IMG/VR virus record: IMGVR_UViG_3300031851_000010
Reading direction: 5' to 3' (one strand)
DNA: 64,000 nucleotides
Source: an uncultured virus (IMG/VR IMGVR_UViG_3300031851_000010)
Lineage: Duplodnaviria; Heunggongvirae; Uroviricota; Caudoviricetes
The notes beneath the pieces were generated by a model, which searched no databases, was not told the origin of the DNA, and was given only the letters and a program-made list of their open reading frames with translations. The translations under genes and the position numbers were made by a program. Shown here piece by piece: positions 1 through 10,836 of the stretch; the first letter of the stretch is position 1; every line of letters starts with the position of its first letter.

Positions 1-2
1 AA

Positions 3-3000
3 GATTATATAACCATTAATGAACTATCTTTAAGGGATAAGGAAATACTTGTATATAATACTTTAAATAAAACTTTTGAATTTAAAAATGTTAATAATTT
101 ATACTTAGGTGATGACCACAAATTAGTGAGAATCACGGAAGACAGTATATTGTTAGAGAACATTTATAGTTATGAAAAATCTATCAATAAGGAGGATTTA
201 ATTTCAATTAGTTTACACGGACCATTTCATTATTTATTAGACGGATATGTTGTGCATAATGTTGGTACGATATGTATTCAAAACTGTAATAATCCATTTA
301 CTATTGCATGTATTAATAATACTGCGAACCTTGCAGTTGGATTTAATGGTTTTGAAGACAGTCATGGGTCGTGTTGGATACCTATAAGTGATTGTCCGAG
401 CTGCTCGCCAACAGTATCTTTTATCGGTACAATAGCACAAGTGTGGATAGGTACTGATTGTGGGAATTGTCCTGGTGATTCAGGTACGACACCTATTGAG
501 GATGGTGACACTCAACCAGTTAGTGCGGTTTGTAAAATAAAATTAAGACGTTGTGATGAGATAACAGGACTATGTCCCCCACCTGATATAGGTGGGTGTA
601 CATATCCTTTAGATGGGGTATGGGTTACTCTTCAGTCACCTGCAATAATTCCTTGTCCATATCTCGGTCAGGTGGTTACAGTAGATGTACCAGCATTAGG
701 TCCGGGACCAGATGATGATTGTTGTTATCAGGTTACAGATATTAGTGATAAGGCGGTATCTAATACCACAGTAATTATCACAAGTGTTTCTGAAGACTGT
801 ACGGATTGTTGTACGGGAGCGTCCCCATCCAATACACCAACAGCAACACCAACTCCTACGCCAACGACACCTGTGATATCATACGCTAGGTATCGTGCTG
901 TAAAATGTTGTGACGAAACTCAATTTTTGGATGTACAGGCACCTGTTTTTAGTCCCGCTGGTTCCACCTTTGTAATAGCTAACGAATGTTACGAAATAGT
1001 TTCTACTGGAGGTGCTGGCGGACCACAAGTAAATCCTAATCCCGAACAAGATTGTAAAGAATGTAAGTTGTTATTTCCATGTTCGGAACCATCTCCATCA
1101 CAAAGTCCGACACCGACACCAACACCGACTCCAACAATTACTACAACACCAACACCAACAATAACTCCAACAAGAAGTATTGATTATAGAGAAATAACAC
1201 TGTATGACTGTTGTACAAGTATTCTAAAGAAAAGTATATTAGTTCCCGCAGTTGATGCGGCAAATATAGTATCAAATAACAATGTTTTTTTTATTGATAA
1301 TTGTTGTTATTACGCTAATAATCTTGGAGGTGATGGTACTGATGGATTATTTAACTTTCCCGATTTTCCTGATTGTGAAGAATGTTATGAAAAAGAGATT
1401 GGTTGTCAATTTTGGATAATAGAATTAGAAGACTGTTGTACTGAAGAAAGAATAGTTGTAAAATTAACGGTACCATGTGGTAAAGGGAGTCTAAAACCGA
1501 GCGTACAATATGGTGGAACCCATTTAAAATGGTTAGGTGATTGTTATGAGATTACGGGTGAATCGCAAGGTGGAGCAGGTGAGGATGGTAAGTTAATTCC
1601 TGATGATTTATTTAATTCTTGTGAATCATGTGGTACTTGTCCGTCAGATACACCAACACCAACCCCGACAAATACCCCGACACTAACACCTACTTTAACA
1701 CCTACAAATACACCAACGGTTACACCAACTAATACTCCGACAAATACTCCAACATTAACCCCTACCTTAACTCCAACAAATACTGCAACATTAACTCCTA
1801 CTTTAACTCCTACAAATACACCAACAAATACTGCAACGGTTACTCCGACAAATACTCCAACAAATACGCCAACATTAACTCCTACTTTAACTCCTACTTT
1901 AACTCCTACAAATACACCAACAAATACTGCAACGGTTACTCCGACAAATACTCCAACATTAACCCCTACCTTAACTCCAACATTAACCCCTACCTTAACT
2001 CCAACAAATACGCCAACAAATACGCCAACAAATACTGCAACGGTTACTCCGACAAATACTCCTACCTTAACCCCTACCTTAACCCCTACCTTAACTCCAA
2101 CAAATACTCCTACCTTAACTCCGACTAATACTGCAACGGTTACACCTACTAATACTCCTACCTTAACTCCGACTAATACCCCATCGTTAAGTCCAACTTT
2201 AACGCCTACAAATACTGCTACAGTTACTCCAACAAATACGCCAACCTTAACACCTACTAACACACCAACATTAACTCCTACTAACACCGCAACAGTTACA
2301 CCGACATTAACTCCTACAAACACGCCCACCTTAACTCCAACATTAACTCCAACATTAACTCCAACATTAACTCCAACAAATACACCCACATTAACTCCAA
2401 CAAATACAGCAACGGTAACACCTACTAATACTCCTACATTAACACCTACTAATACTCCTACATTAACACCTACTAATACTCCTACATTAACACCTACTAA
2501 CACCCCGACTCTGACCCCAACAAATACGCCAACCTTAACTCCTACCTTAACACCAACAAACACACCTACATTAACTCCTACTAATACTCCTACATTAACG
2601 CCAACAAACACGGTTACCCTTACACCTACAAATACATCTACACCGACACCTACTTTAACTCCAACTAATACGCCTACCTTAACTCCAACTAACACTCCGA
2701 CAATAACTCCAAGTGTGACTTCTACACCTGATGCGACCATAACTCCTACTCCAACTAATACCCCTACTTTAACTCCAACTAATACGCCTACCTTAACTCC
2801 TACCTTAACACCTACATTAACGCCAACAAACACACCTACATTAACTCCTACTAATACCTCAACGGTTACGCCTACTAATACATCTACACCAACACCTACT
2901 AATACACCGACTAATACGCCTACTTTAACGCCAACTAATACGGCTACGGTAACACCTACTAATACTCCGACTTTAACTCCTACAAATACACCAACGGTTA

Positions 3001-6000
3001 CACCAACTCTAACTCCTACCTTAACACCTACATTAACGCCAACAAACACACCTACATTAACTCCAACTAATACCCCGACTAATACGTCTACACCGACACC
3101 TACCTTAACACCAACAAACACATCTACGGTAACACCAACATTAACGCCTACTAATACTCCGACAATAACTCCAAGTGTAACGTCAACACCCGACGCAACC
3201 ATAACACCAACACCTACATTGACACCGACTAATACACCTACATTGACACCGACTAATACGCCTACATTAACTCCTACTAATACTGCGACGGTTACTCCAA
3301 CGAACACACCTACATTAACACCAACGAATACCCCGACTAATACTCCATCGTTAAGTCCTACTTTAACACCTACAAATACTGCGACAGTTACTCCGACTAA
3401 TACACCTACTTTAACTCCAACTAACACACCTACCTTAACGCCTACAAATACTCCAACAGTAACTTCAACACCAGCCGCAACACTAACACCTACTCCGTCT
3501 AATACACCTACTAATACACCTACATTAACACCAACTAATACTCCTACATTAACACCAACAAATACTGCAACTGTTACTCCAACAAATACTCCAACATTAA
3601 CGCCTACTCCGACAAATACCACTACTGTTACGCCGACTAACACACCGACAAATACTCCAACTAATACACCAACTCAAACTCCGACAAATACCCCTACCTT
3701 AACTCCAACTAATACTCCGACTAACACACCTACATTAACGCCAACGAATACCCCGACTAATACTCCTACCTTAACTCCAACTAATACCCCAACTAATACA
3801 CCGACTAATACTCCATCGTTAAGTCCAACTTTAACTCCTACGAATACTGTAACTGTTACGCCGACTAACACACCTACATTGACACCGACTAATACTCCAT
3901 CGTTAAGTCCTACTAATACACCATCTAACACTCCGACTAATACTCCTACTAATACTCCGACAATAACTCCAAGTGTAACTTCTACACCTGATGCGACCAT
4001 AACTCCTACCCCGTCTAACACGCCGACAAATACTCCTACCGTTACACCAACTTTAACCCCCACATTAACTCCTACAAATACTGCAACGGTTACACCGACT
4101 AATACTCCAACAAATACCCCATCGTTAAGTCCAACTTTAACTCCTACAAATACACCGACTAATACTCCTACATTAACACCAACTAATACGCCTACAAATA
4201 CACCTACAATAACTCCAACAGCTACGACTACAATAACTCCAACTCCAACTGACCCTACATTAACTCCGACAGCAACACCAACTGCCACTCCAACGATTAC
4301 ACCTACAAATTCAAGTTGTGATTGTTTAGAAATAGACACAAATATTCCGTTCGCCGCCACAGGTAATACTGTAAATCCTAATGATGTTGTTGAAATTGAT
4401 TATTATGATTGTGATAATAATTTTATAACATTTAGTGCTACTACGGCATTAGTAAGTGGAGGTCTTTTCTATCTATGTGTTAAAGATGGTCAAGTAACTG
4501 GAGCAAGGACTTGGCGAGATGATGTATTATACAGTGGAGATTCAACTAATTTCCCACCAATAGATTTTTCTGGATGGAGTCCTTTTCCAAGTGAACCTTC
4601 CTATAATATGAATTATGCTGATTCCTTTTATTCATGCGTTGGAGGTGTATGTGGACCGGTAACTCCTACTCCTACCCCTACTCCAACAGTAACACCAGGA
4701 CTTAGTCCAAGCCCAACACCAACCAATACTCCGACTAACACTATAACTCCAACTAATACACCAACTAATACAGTTACACCAACATTAACGCCTACACCGA
4801 CAAGTACGTTAATTAATGATTGTGATGCGGTTATAATAATAAATGATGATGTTAAAGATATTACTCCAACACCGACACCTACACCCACTTCTACACCGCA
4901 AGCGTGTATAACGCCTGTTGGTGGAGCAGTAACATTTATAATAGATGATGGGTATTTTGATTGTGGTGAGGTAGCGAGGTTAACTAATTGTGACCCTAAT
5001 GATAAAGAACAAGAATTTTATGTAACTGCACCAATACCTTATACTGGTGGTACTGTAACATCAGGTACGACATTTAATGGTACTATAGGTGGTGTGGATT
5101 ATTGTTTAACGTATGAGGAAGAAGTTGAAGGGTCTTCAACACATATATTAACTTCTGTTAATAGTATAGATGCTGATTGTTTAGAATGTACTACACCTGA
5201 CCCAACTCCAACACCGGAAATATTTAGTGTATATGAAAGATGTGGTGGTGTGGCCTGTGTTGAAAATGACATTACATATGGTGAGCAAACCAACCCTAAT
5301 GATATTGTAAATAATTGGACACGATTCTCATATTTTGCACGTAACGTATTCCCTGGTACAAATGTTGAAACGGGATTACAACCAGATGGTACTATTATAA
5401 CTAATGACAATAATTATTGGTTCTATACGGGTGGTACGATTAATAATAGTTCAAGGTATTTAGGTGTTCATAATCTACCTATGACTGAAGGGGAAAATGT
5501 TGGACCATCCACCCCACCTTTATCCGGAGCGTATCCTTGTGTTGGTTGTAATGCGGGAACCGATAATGGTAGATTTTATTTTAATAGTTATATAAATAAA
5601 TTTGTTGTTTGGTACAATGTTGGTCAACCTGGATGGGCTTGGACAACGTTTAATCCGACTGTAAATGAAGGTCAAGCTTTAGGTAACCCAACAGGGTCTC
5701 AAATATTAACAACTACTACTAATTGGAATGTAACGAGTTTATCTAATAGTTTACAGACTAAATACACCGTTGAAGGTCCTTCAAATACTGTAGTCAACGC
5801 GATATCTAAAATAACTAACGCCGGAGGTGTACCCGACATGATTCAATGTTCACAAAATAGTGGGTTAGTTAATGGGTTCTATTCTACATGTGGATTTAGT
5901 GATTACACACATGAAGTTACAGTTGGAAGTACCGCTCAGGATAATGACAATATTGGTCTCGTATTATCGACAATTAAAGATGATGAAGGTATTTATGGTC

Positions 6001-7127
6001 CTTCAGGTTCAACACAGTCTTTATTATTGACATTTAATTCACAATATGATAAGGCCGACATAAGGTATAACTTAAATAATCCTACGCTAGCGTTCACTAA
6101 TGGGTCCAATTCTTTCGATACGTATGTATGGGAAGGTACTAGTCCTTTTTCAGGAAATGGTAGTAGTAATGGTTCAACTTATAATTTTTATTCTAACCAG
6201 GGTGATGTAAGAGTTAAGGTAATAAAAACAGGGACGACTATAGATGTATATACTACTAAAATGATGGGTGATTCTATAGTATTACCACAGTGTACGGATT
6301 GTGTACAAACAGGTAACCCCAACCCATATACCTTATTAGTGAGTATAGACTTGAATGATATTAATACGTGGACCTCGGCACCATCATACGCGACGGGTAA
6401 TGAATTAATTAAATTTGCAGACCAAGGTAAAATAGGTTATCATACGTCATCACAACGACAAACTCAGTTCTACGATATAGTATTCTCAGGTTCACAATTA
6501 ACAAATACCGATACATTATATGGGTTAAATGTTGTTAATCCTGGAGCTAATAATGTTTCAACATTTAATGAAGTACCAGGATGTTGGGAATATATTGAAG
6601 ATATAACAGGTTACTCAGGGCCATCATACTCGTTAAGTTTAGATACGGGATACCCTAACTGTACTCAATGTCCAACTGACAATTCACCTCTACCATCACA
6701 AAGTCCGACTCCAACACCGACACCAACACCGACAAGTACGCCAATTGATTCACCAACACCGACACCTACTAATACAACTACACCAACACCAACACCTAGT
6801 TCACAACCAAGTGGTGAATTTACGATTTATATTTCAGCTGGAGTTACAATATGTAATGCTTTTTGTAATAATAACTTCAATGTTACTTCAGAAAAAACTT
6901 GTGATAATGACCCATTACAACCTACATTTATTTATGGGATAACAAATGGTATTGAAGGTGGATTTTACGCTTATTGGGTTAATCCAACAGATACGGGCAC
7001 GGGTCAATTTAGAATAGCAAAAATTGTAACTGAAACTGTGGGTCCAAACGCGGGTTTATATGGTAAAGTTGTGGACCTTTTTGGTGGAGAATGTAGTCCA
7101 ACCACTTTTGAATGTTTACCATTATAA
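3..7127 (+). CDS. Giant putative virion/fibre protein, 5'-truncated: Hint-like domain, Cys-rich modules, long Thr/Pro mucin-like repeat, thrombospondin-C-like lectin domain
   Basis: Frame of the 126 ORF is open back to position 3 ([19 protein letters not shown]...), so the true start is upstream of the window; contains [12 protein letters not shown], repeated C..C/CY/DC..C modules and TPTN/TPTL repeats. Confidence 0.8.
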   Translation, partial: DYITINELSLRDKEILVYNTLNKTFEFKNVNNLYLGDDHKLVRITEDSILLENIYSYEKSINKEDLISISLHGPFHYLLDGYVVHNVGTICIQNCNNPFTIACINNTANLAVGFNGFEDSHGSCWIPISDCPSCSPTVSFIGTIAQVWIGTDCGNCPGDSGTTPIEDGDTQPVSAVCKIKLRRCDEITGLCPPPDIGGCTYPLDGVWVTLQSPAIIPCPYLGQVVTVDVPALGPGPDDDCCYQVTDISDKAVSNTTVIITSVSEDCTDCCTGASPSNTPTATPTPTPTTPVISYARYRAVKCCDETQFLDVQAPVFSPAGSTFVIANECYEIVSTGGAGGPQVNPNPEQDCKECKLLFPCSEPSPSQSPTPTPTPTPTITTTPTPTITPTRSIDYREITLYDCCTSILKKSILVPAVDAANIVSNNNVFFIDNCCYYANNLGGDGTDGLFNFPDFPDCEECYEKEIGCQFWIIELEDCCTEERIVVKLTVPCGKGSLKPSVQYGGTHLKWLGDCYEITGESQGGAGEDGKLIPDDLFNSCESCGTCPSDTPTPTPTNTPTLTPTLTPTNTPTVTPTNTPTNTPTLTPTLTPTNTATLTPTLTPTNTPTNTATVTPTNTPTNTPTLTPTLTPTLTPTNTPTNTATVTPTNTPTLTPTLTPTLTPTLTPTNTPTNTPTNTATVTPTNTPTLTPTLTPTLTPTNTPTLTPTNTATVTPTNTPTLTPTNTPSLSPTLTPTNTATVTPTNTPTLTPTNTPTLTPTNTATVTPTLTPTNTPTLTPTLTPTLTPTLTPTNTPTLTPTNTATVTPTNTPTLTPTNTPTLTPTNTPTLTPTNTPTLTPTNTPTLTPTLTPTNTPTLTPTNTPTLTPTNTVTLTPTNTSTPTPTLTPTNTPTLTPTNTPTITPSVTSTPDATITPTPTNTPTLTPTNTPTLTPTLTPTLTPTNTPTLTPTNTSTVTPTNTSTPTPTNTPTNTPTLTPTNTATVTPTNTPTLTPTNTPTVTPTLTPTLTPTLTPTNTPTLTPTNTPTNTSTPTPTLTPTNTSTVTPTLTPTNTPTITPSVTSTPDATITPTPTLTPTNTPTLTPTNTPTLTPTNTATVTPTNTPTLTPTNTPTNTPSLSPTLTPTNTATVTPTNTPTLTPTNTPTLTPTNTPTVTSTPAATLTPTPSNTPTNTPTLTPTNTPTLTPTNTATVTPTNTPTLTPTPTNTTTVTPTNTPTNTPTNTPTQTPTNTPTLTPTNTPTNTPTLTPTNTPTNTPTLTPTNTPTNTPTNTPSLSPTLTPTNTVTVTPTNTPTLTPTNTPSLSPTNTPSNTPTNTPTNTPTITPSVTSTPDATITPTPSNTPTNTPTVTPTLTPTLTPTNTATVTPTNTPTNTPSLSPTLTPTNTPTNTPTLTPTNTPTNTPTITPTATTTITPTPTDPTLTPTATPTATPTITPTNSSCDCLEIDTNIPFAATGNTVNPNDVVEIDYYDCDNNFITFSATTALVSGGLFYLCVKDGQVTGARTWRDDVLYSGDSTNFPPIDFSGWSPFPSEPSYNMNYADSFYSCVGGVCGPVTPTPTPTPTVTPGLSPSPTPTNTPTNTITPTNTPTNTVTPTLTPTPTSTLINDCDAVIIINDDVKDITPTPTPTPTSTPQACITPVGGAVTFIIDDGYFDCGEVARLTNCDPNDKEQEFYVTAPIPYTGGTVTSGTTFNGTIGGVDYCLTYEEEVEGSSTHILTSVNSIDADCLECTTPDPTPTPEIFSVYERCGGVACVENDITYGEQTNPNDIVNNWTRFSYFARNVFPGTNVETGLQPDGTIITNDNNYWFYTGGTINNSSRYLGVHNLPMTEGENVGPSTPPLSGAYPCVGCNAGTDNGRFYFNSYINKFVVWYNVGQPGWAWTTFNPTVNEGQALGNPTGSQILTTTTNWNVTSLSNSLQTKYTVEGPSNTVVNAISKITNAGGVPDMIQCSQNSGLVNGFYSTCGFSDYTHEVTVGSTAQDNDNIGLVLSTIKDDEGIYGPSGSTQSLLLTFNSQYDKADIRYNLNNPTLAFTNGSNSFDTYVWEGTSPFSGNGSSNGSTYNFYSNQGDVRVKVIKTGTTIDVYTTKMMGDSIVLPQCTDCVQTGNPNPYTLLVSIDLNDINTWTSAPSYATGNELIKFADQGKIGYHTSSQRQTQFYDIVFSGSQLTNTDTLYGLNVVNPGANNVSTFNEVPGCWEYIEDITGYSGPSYSLSLDTGYPNCTQCPTDNSPLPSQSPTPTPTPTPTSTPIDSPTPTPTNTTTPTPTPSSQPSGEFTIYISAGVTICNAFCNNNFNVTSEKTCDNDPLQPTFIYGITNGIEGGFYAYWVNPTDTGTGQFRIAKIVTETVGPNAGLYGKVVDLFGGECSPTTFECLPL
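1650..4310 (+). repeat. Coding tandem repeat with 12-nt/4-aa period ([12 protein letters not shown]), mucin-like
   Basis: Directly visible; synonymous codons vary between units. Confidence 0.95.
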
Positions 7128-7233
7128 TATTATGGATAAAAAAAATAAAATTGAAAGAGAGATAAATACTTATAGTAAAATAACATATTCACTTAATAAT
7201 GTGAGTTACTATAATAATATAATAGATAAATAA

Positions 7234-9150
7234 ATGAGTACAACAGTAGGTATAGATAGTGCGACAGGAGTATCACCATTTCAAATATGGGTGGCTGATA
7301 GTTGTGATGCGTTATCCCAACAAACATATCTTGGTCAGGTGGCGACTAATGCTGATTTTCCTGCGACATTTAATTTACCGACAATTTATGAAAATATACC
7401 GTTTTGTATTAAAGTTATAGATGCCGATTTATGTGTGGTTTGTGAATGTTTCGGGTTCGGACCATCACCTACACCGACAGCGACACCTACTGTTACCCCT
7501 ACTATTACTCTCACGCCAACACCAACACTTACACCTAGTGCTACAGGACCATGTCTAAATGTCACTTATTATGATGGTGTGTTTGAAGGTAATGGATTTA
7601 CGGAGACGGTTAGATATACATTATCGACAACACTATTTAATGGACAAAATCAATGGATTTCACCAAATAATGGTTCAATACAGTGGTCAGGTACAAGATG
7701 GGAAATTTCAGGTTGGAATTTAGCTGGTGTAACATTTTATAATCCGGCTCCGATATTTCCTTCACCTAATACAACAAATTGGCTATACCAAGGTTGTGTA
7801 AATGGTGCGACATGTAGTGTATCTTTTACAACTGAGGATTGTGGTTTTCCAACACCAACACCTACTCCAACAAATACCGCTACGCCAACAAACACTATAG
7901 ACGTAAGTCAAACACCAACGGCTACATTAACACCAACTAATACGCCGACAGTTACATCTACACCTGATGCGACTTTAACTCCAACTCCAACTAATACTCC
8001 AACTAACACACCAACTAATACTCCAACCAATACATCTACTATCACACCTACACCAAGTGTTACATCTACACCTGATGCGACTTTAACGCCAACACCTACC
8101 TTAACACCTACCTTAACACCTACCTTAACACCTACACCAAGTGTTACATCTACACCTGATGCGACTTTAACGCCAACACCTACCTTAACACCTACCTTAA
8201 CACCTACCTTAACACCTACTTTAACACCTACCTTAACACCTACTTTAACACCTACTTTAACTCCGACAAATACGCCAACAAATACACCTACTTTAACTCC
8301 GACAAATACACCTACTAATACACCTACTTTAACTCCTACAAATACTCCTACACCAACAAGTAGTTCCCCATCATTACCAACTACATATAGATTGTGTAAC
8401 GCCGGTTTAACACCTAGTATGTCTGATTTAATGGTTGCTCCAACAACCTTTAATACCACATTAAATGATGATGATTTTGCAAGTTTCGTATTTACGATAA
8501 CCAATCAATTGAGTCAACAATTTACTATTGACGAATGTTATGAAAAAGTCCCGTATGATGCTAGCGCACCATTATTAAATCCAACTCTAAATACAATTAA
8601 TAGTGATTGTAGTAATAGTGGTAAATGTGAAGCAATACATATATTAGCTGAAGGATGTGTGAATAATAAAACAATGATTATACAAATGGATACGGGAACA
8701 GCGTCATCATTAAGTAGTGGTGATACTATAAGTGCTGCCAGATTAGCTGGAATAGGTGCACTTGTTCAGGAAATTGTACCATCGCAAGGGGTTAATACTT
8801 GTTATACTTTAGGTGGTAAAACTTTTACTATAACGTCAAGTCAGAATAATACTACAATTGGTACTAATTGGCCGAGTGCGGCATATAGATATTCAATAGT
8901 GACTGACTGTTCAGACACTTATTGTGGTTGTAAAACAGGGTTTGGTGTGAATAATACTTCATCATCACAAATAACCTTAAGTAATGTAAAAACTTGTAAT
9001 GGTGATGTTGTTACTATAATACTAGGTGGTGAATCTACTACTACGGTCACGGCTTGTATAAATATGAATAGTTTCTGGCAAACTGTATATAGTGGGGGTT
9101 ACTCGACTCAAATACAGATAGCTTTAGGGACATATAATGATTGTACTTAA
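7234..9150 (+). CDS. Thr/Pro-repeat, Cys-rich putative virion protein
   Basis: 638 aa; central TPTL/TPTN repeat, SVTSTPDAT units shared with the upstream gene, Cys modules. Confidence 0.8.
   Translation: MSTTVGIDSATGVSPFQIWVADSCDALSQQTYLGQVATNADFPATFNLPTIYENIPFCIKVIDADLCVVCECFGFGPSPTPTATPTVTPTITLTPTPTLTPSATGPCLNVTYYDGVFEGNGFTETVRYTLSTTLFNGQNQWISPNNGSIQWSGTRWEISGWNLAGVTFYNPAPIFPSPNTTNWLYQGCVNGATCSVSFTTEDCGFPTPTPTPTNTATPTNTIDVSQTPTATLTPTNTPTVTSTPDATLTPTPTNTPTNTPTNTPTNTSTITPTPSVTSTPDATLTPTPTLTPTLTPTLTPTPSVTSTPDATLTPTPTLTPTLTPTLTPTLTPTLTPTLTPTLTPTNTPTNTPTLTPTNTPTNTPTLTPTNTPTPTSSSPSLPTTYRLCNAGLTPSMSDLMVAPTTFNTTLNDDDFASFVFTITNQLSQQFTIDECYEKVPYDASAPLLNPTLNTINSDCSNSGKCEAIHILAEGCVNNKTMIIQMDTGTASSLSSGDTISAARLAGIGALVQEIVPSQGVNTCYTLGGKTFTITSSQNNTTIGTNWPSAAYRYSIVTDCSDTYCGCKTGFGVNNTSSSQITLSNVKTCNGDVVTIILGGESTTTVTACINMNSFWQTVYSGGYSTQIQIALGTYNDCT
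7849..8360 (+). repeat. Coding Thr/Pro tandem repeat
   Basis: ttaacacctacc-type 12-nt units visible. Confidence 0.9.
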
Positions 9151-9161
9151 AAAATAATAAA

Positions 9162-10793
9162 ATGGCAGGATTAACAGGAAATCAATGTACGATAATAACC
9201 ATAATACCTATGGAGGTGGAGTGTAATGTTACTAACGCATCTTCCCCAACAGCATCTGATGGTAGTGCCGTAGTTCAAGTATTTGGCGGTACCCCTCCTT
9301 ATTCTATAACGTGGACTAATGGTCAACAAGGTAATACTTTAACTAATTTATCTCCAGGTACATATATAGCTAATGTTGTTGATTATTTTGGAGATTATAT
9401 TAAAAAAACAACATGTGTTGTGGGTAGTAGTACCGAAACAGTTTACAAGTTTATTACATGTCCAGGATTTTCATCTCGAACAGTTTATGTTTCAGGGGCA
9501 ACTTATGAACCACCATTCCCAAATTTCAAACCTACAATTATTTTTAATGAAATACCGGGATGTTATGAGTTTATTGGACCTGTTAGTTCGGCGGGACTTG
9601 AAGTGTCTGGATTAACAATTAATAGTTCTTATACTACTTGTACTGTTTGTAACCCACCTACACCTACGCCTCCTGCTCAAGACCCGTTATGTTTGAGTCA
9701 TAGTGAATTAAATCAACAATATAATTTCACACCTAACGGTACTGATAATAATGGTAATTTCCAATGGTTAGATACTGTAAATGGTCTTACCTTAACATAC
9801 AATATTAATAATGGTTGGTGGGAAGTATTAGTATGGACCTCTATTAGCGGTAACCAAGGTGCAATGAGACTAATTCAGAGTCCTCCACAATTACAACCAA
9901 CAGGAACGTGGCAAAATCAAGGTGTACCACCGACAAAGGCAAATTGGGTGATGACAGTAGGGACATGTCCAACTAATTTAACCAACTTATCCTTAAGTGT
10001 TACACCAATATCACCACAATGTGAAGGTCAATTGGGTACTGTAATAATGAATGCTAATGGAGGTTCATCACCTTATAGTTATGTTATTCAAGGTATAACG
10101 TCTTCTCAATTGACAGGTCTATTTAATAATGTTCAACCAGGTAGTTATGTTGGTCAAGTAACAGATGACTCAGGTAATGTTGCGACTACTAACTTTACGA
10201 TTAGTGAAGGAGTGGGTGCACCGTCATATACAATACAACTTAATAAGTTTAACCAAGTAGTGACTAATAGCTTAAGAGAACAAGTTGTTAGTTATCAATA
10301 TGATGTGGTCGTCACTCCTCAGTTACCATCAGGTGTGCAGGTATCGTTTGATTTAGCTTTCGCTCATACTAGAATTAGTACGTACCCTGATAATGGTAAT
10401 TCTGACCCTGTAACATATGAAAATACGTTTACGGGTAGTTTAGATGGTAATGCGGTAAGTATCAGTTCAACATCACCTGTTGGATTAGGTTCACCACCCC
10501 CAGAAAATTGCTCTAACTCTCAAATTACTATTTATACATTTAGTAGTAGTGGAGATACAACTATTACTATAGACGGTAGTTCAACTTTTAACGGTACTGT
10601 AAGTACAACGGTTACATTACCTAGATTCGTTAGTAGTGGTTCATGTAATTGTCCTATTACGGGATTAAACAGAACTAATGTACAATTAAAGAATGTACAA
10701 ATAATTGGAACAACAACCTGTGGAACCATAAACGATATATCAACACCAATAACTGGTGAGTCTACTCAATCGGGTTGTCTTCCACTAACGTAG
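9162..10793 (+). CDS. SprB-repeat-containing putative virion adhesin
   Basis: Two SprB-like units (DGSAVVQVFGGTPPYSITWTNG...LSPGTY and GTVIMNANGGSSPYSY...VQPGSYVGQVTDDSG); ATG 9162 preferred to TTG 9141. Confidence 0.7.
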   Translation: MAGLTGNQCTIITIIPMEVECNVTNASSPTASDGSAVVQVFGGTPPYSITWTNGQQGNTLTNLSPGTYIANVVDYFGDYIKKTTCVVGSSTETVYKFITCPGFSSRTVYVSGATYEPPFPNFKPTIIFNEIPGCYEFIGPVSSAGLEVSGLTINSSYTTCTVCNPPTPTPPAQDPLCLSHSELNQQYNFTPNGTDNNGNFQWLDTVNGLTLTYNINNGWWEVLVWTSISGNQGAMRLIQSPPQLQPTGTWQNQGVPPTKANWVMTVGTCPTNLTNLSLSVTPISPQCEGQLGTVIMNANGGSSPYSYVIQGITSSQLTGLFNNVQPGSYVGQVTDDSGNVATTNFTISEGVGAPSYTIQLNKFNQVVTNSLREQVVSYQYDVVVTPQLPSGVQVSFDLAFAHTRISTYPDNGNSDPVTYENTFTGSLDGNAVSISSTSPVGLGSPPPENCSNSQITIYTFSSSGDTTITIDGSSTFNGTVSTTVTLPRFVSSGSCNCPITGLNRTNVQLKNVQIIGTTTCGTINDISTPITGESTQSGCLPLT

Positions 10794-10824
10794 ATAAAAA
10801 AAATAAAAAATTAGATAATAAAAC

Positions 10825-10832
10825 TATTTATA
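10825..10832 (+). promoter_or_regulatory. Putative late promoter motif TATTTATA
   Basis: Just upstream of ATG 10837; recurs before several structural-type genes. Confidence 0.45.
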
Positions 10833-10836
10833 AAAC

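Noticed and set aside
93..125. Similarity of NLYLGDDHK here to NLYLGGDNHK at about 17490
   Set aside because: Short AT-rich match with no flanking similarity; probably coincidence
126..128. GTG 126 as start of the giant protein
   Set aside because: Frame is open to the window edge and a start at 126 would split the Hint-like domain
1650..4310. Possible CRISPR array
   Set aside because: Repeats are in-frame, degenerate 12-mers with no unique spacers; no cas operon
1544..8504. Long minus-strand Val/Gly ORFs (1544-3643, 3674-4360, 4628-4888, 7908-8504)
   Set aside because: Antisense shadows of Thr/Pro repeats, whose codons rarely give stops on the reverse strand
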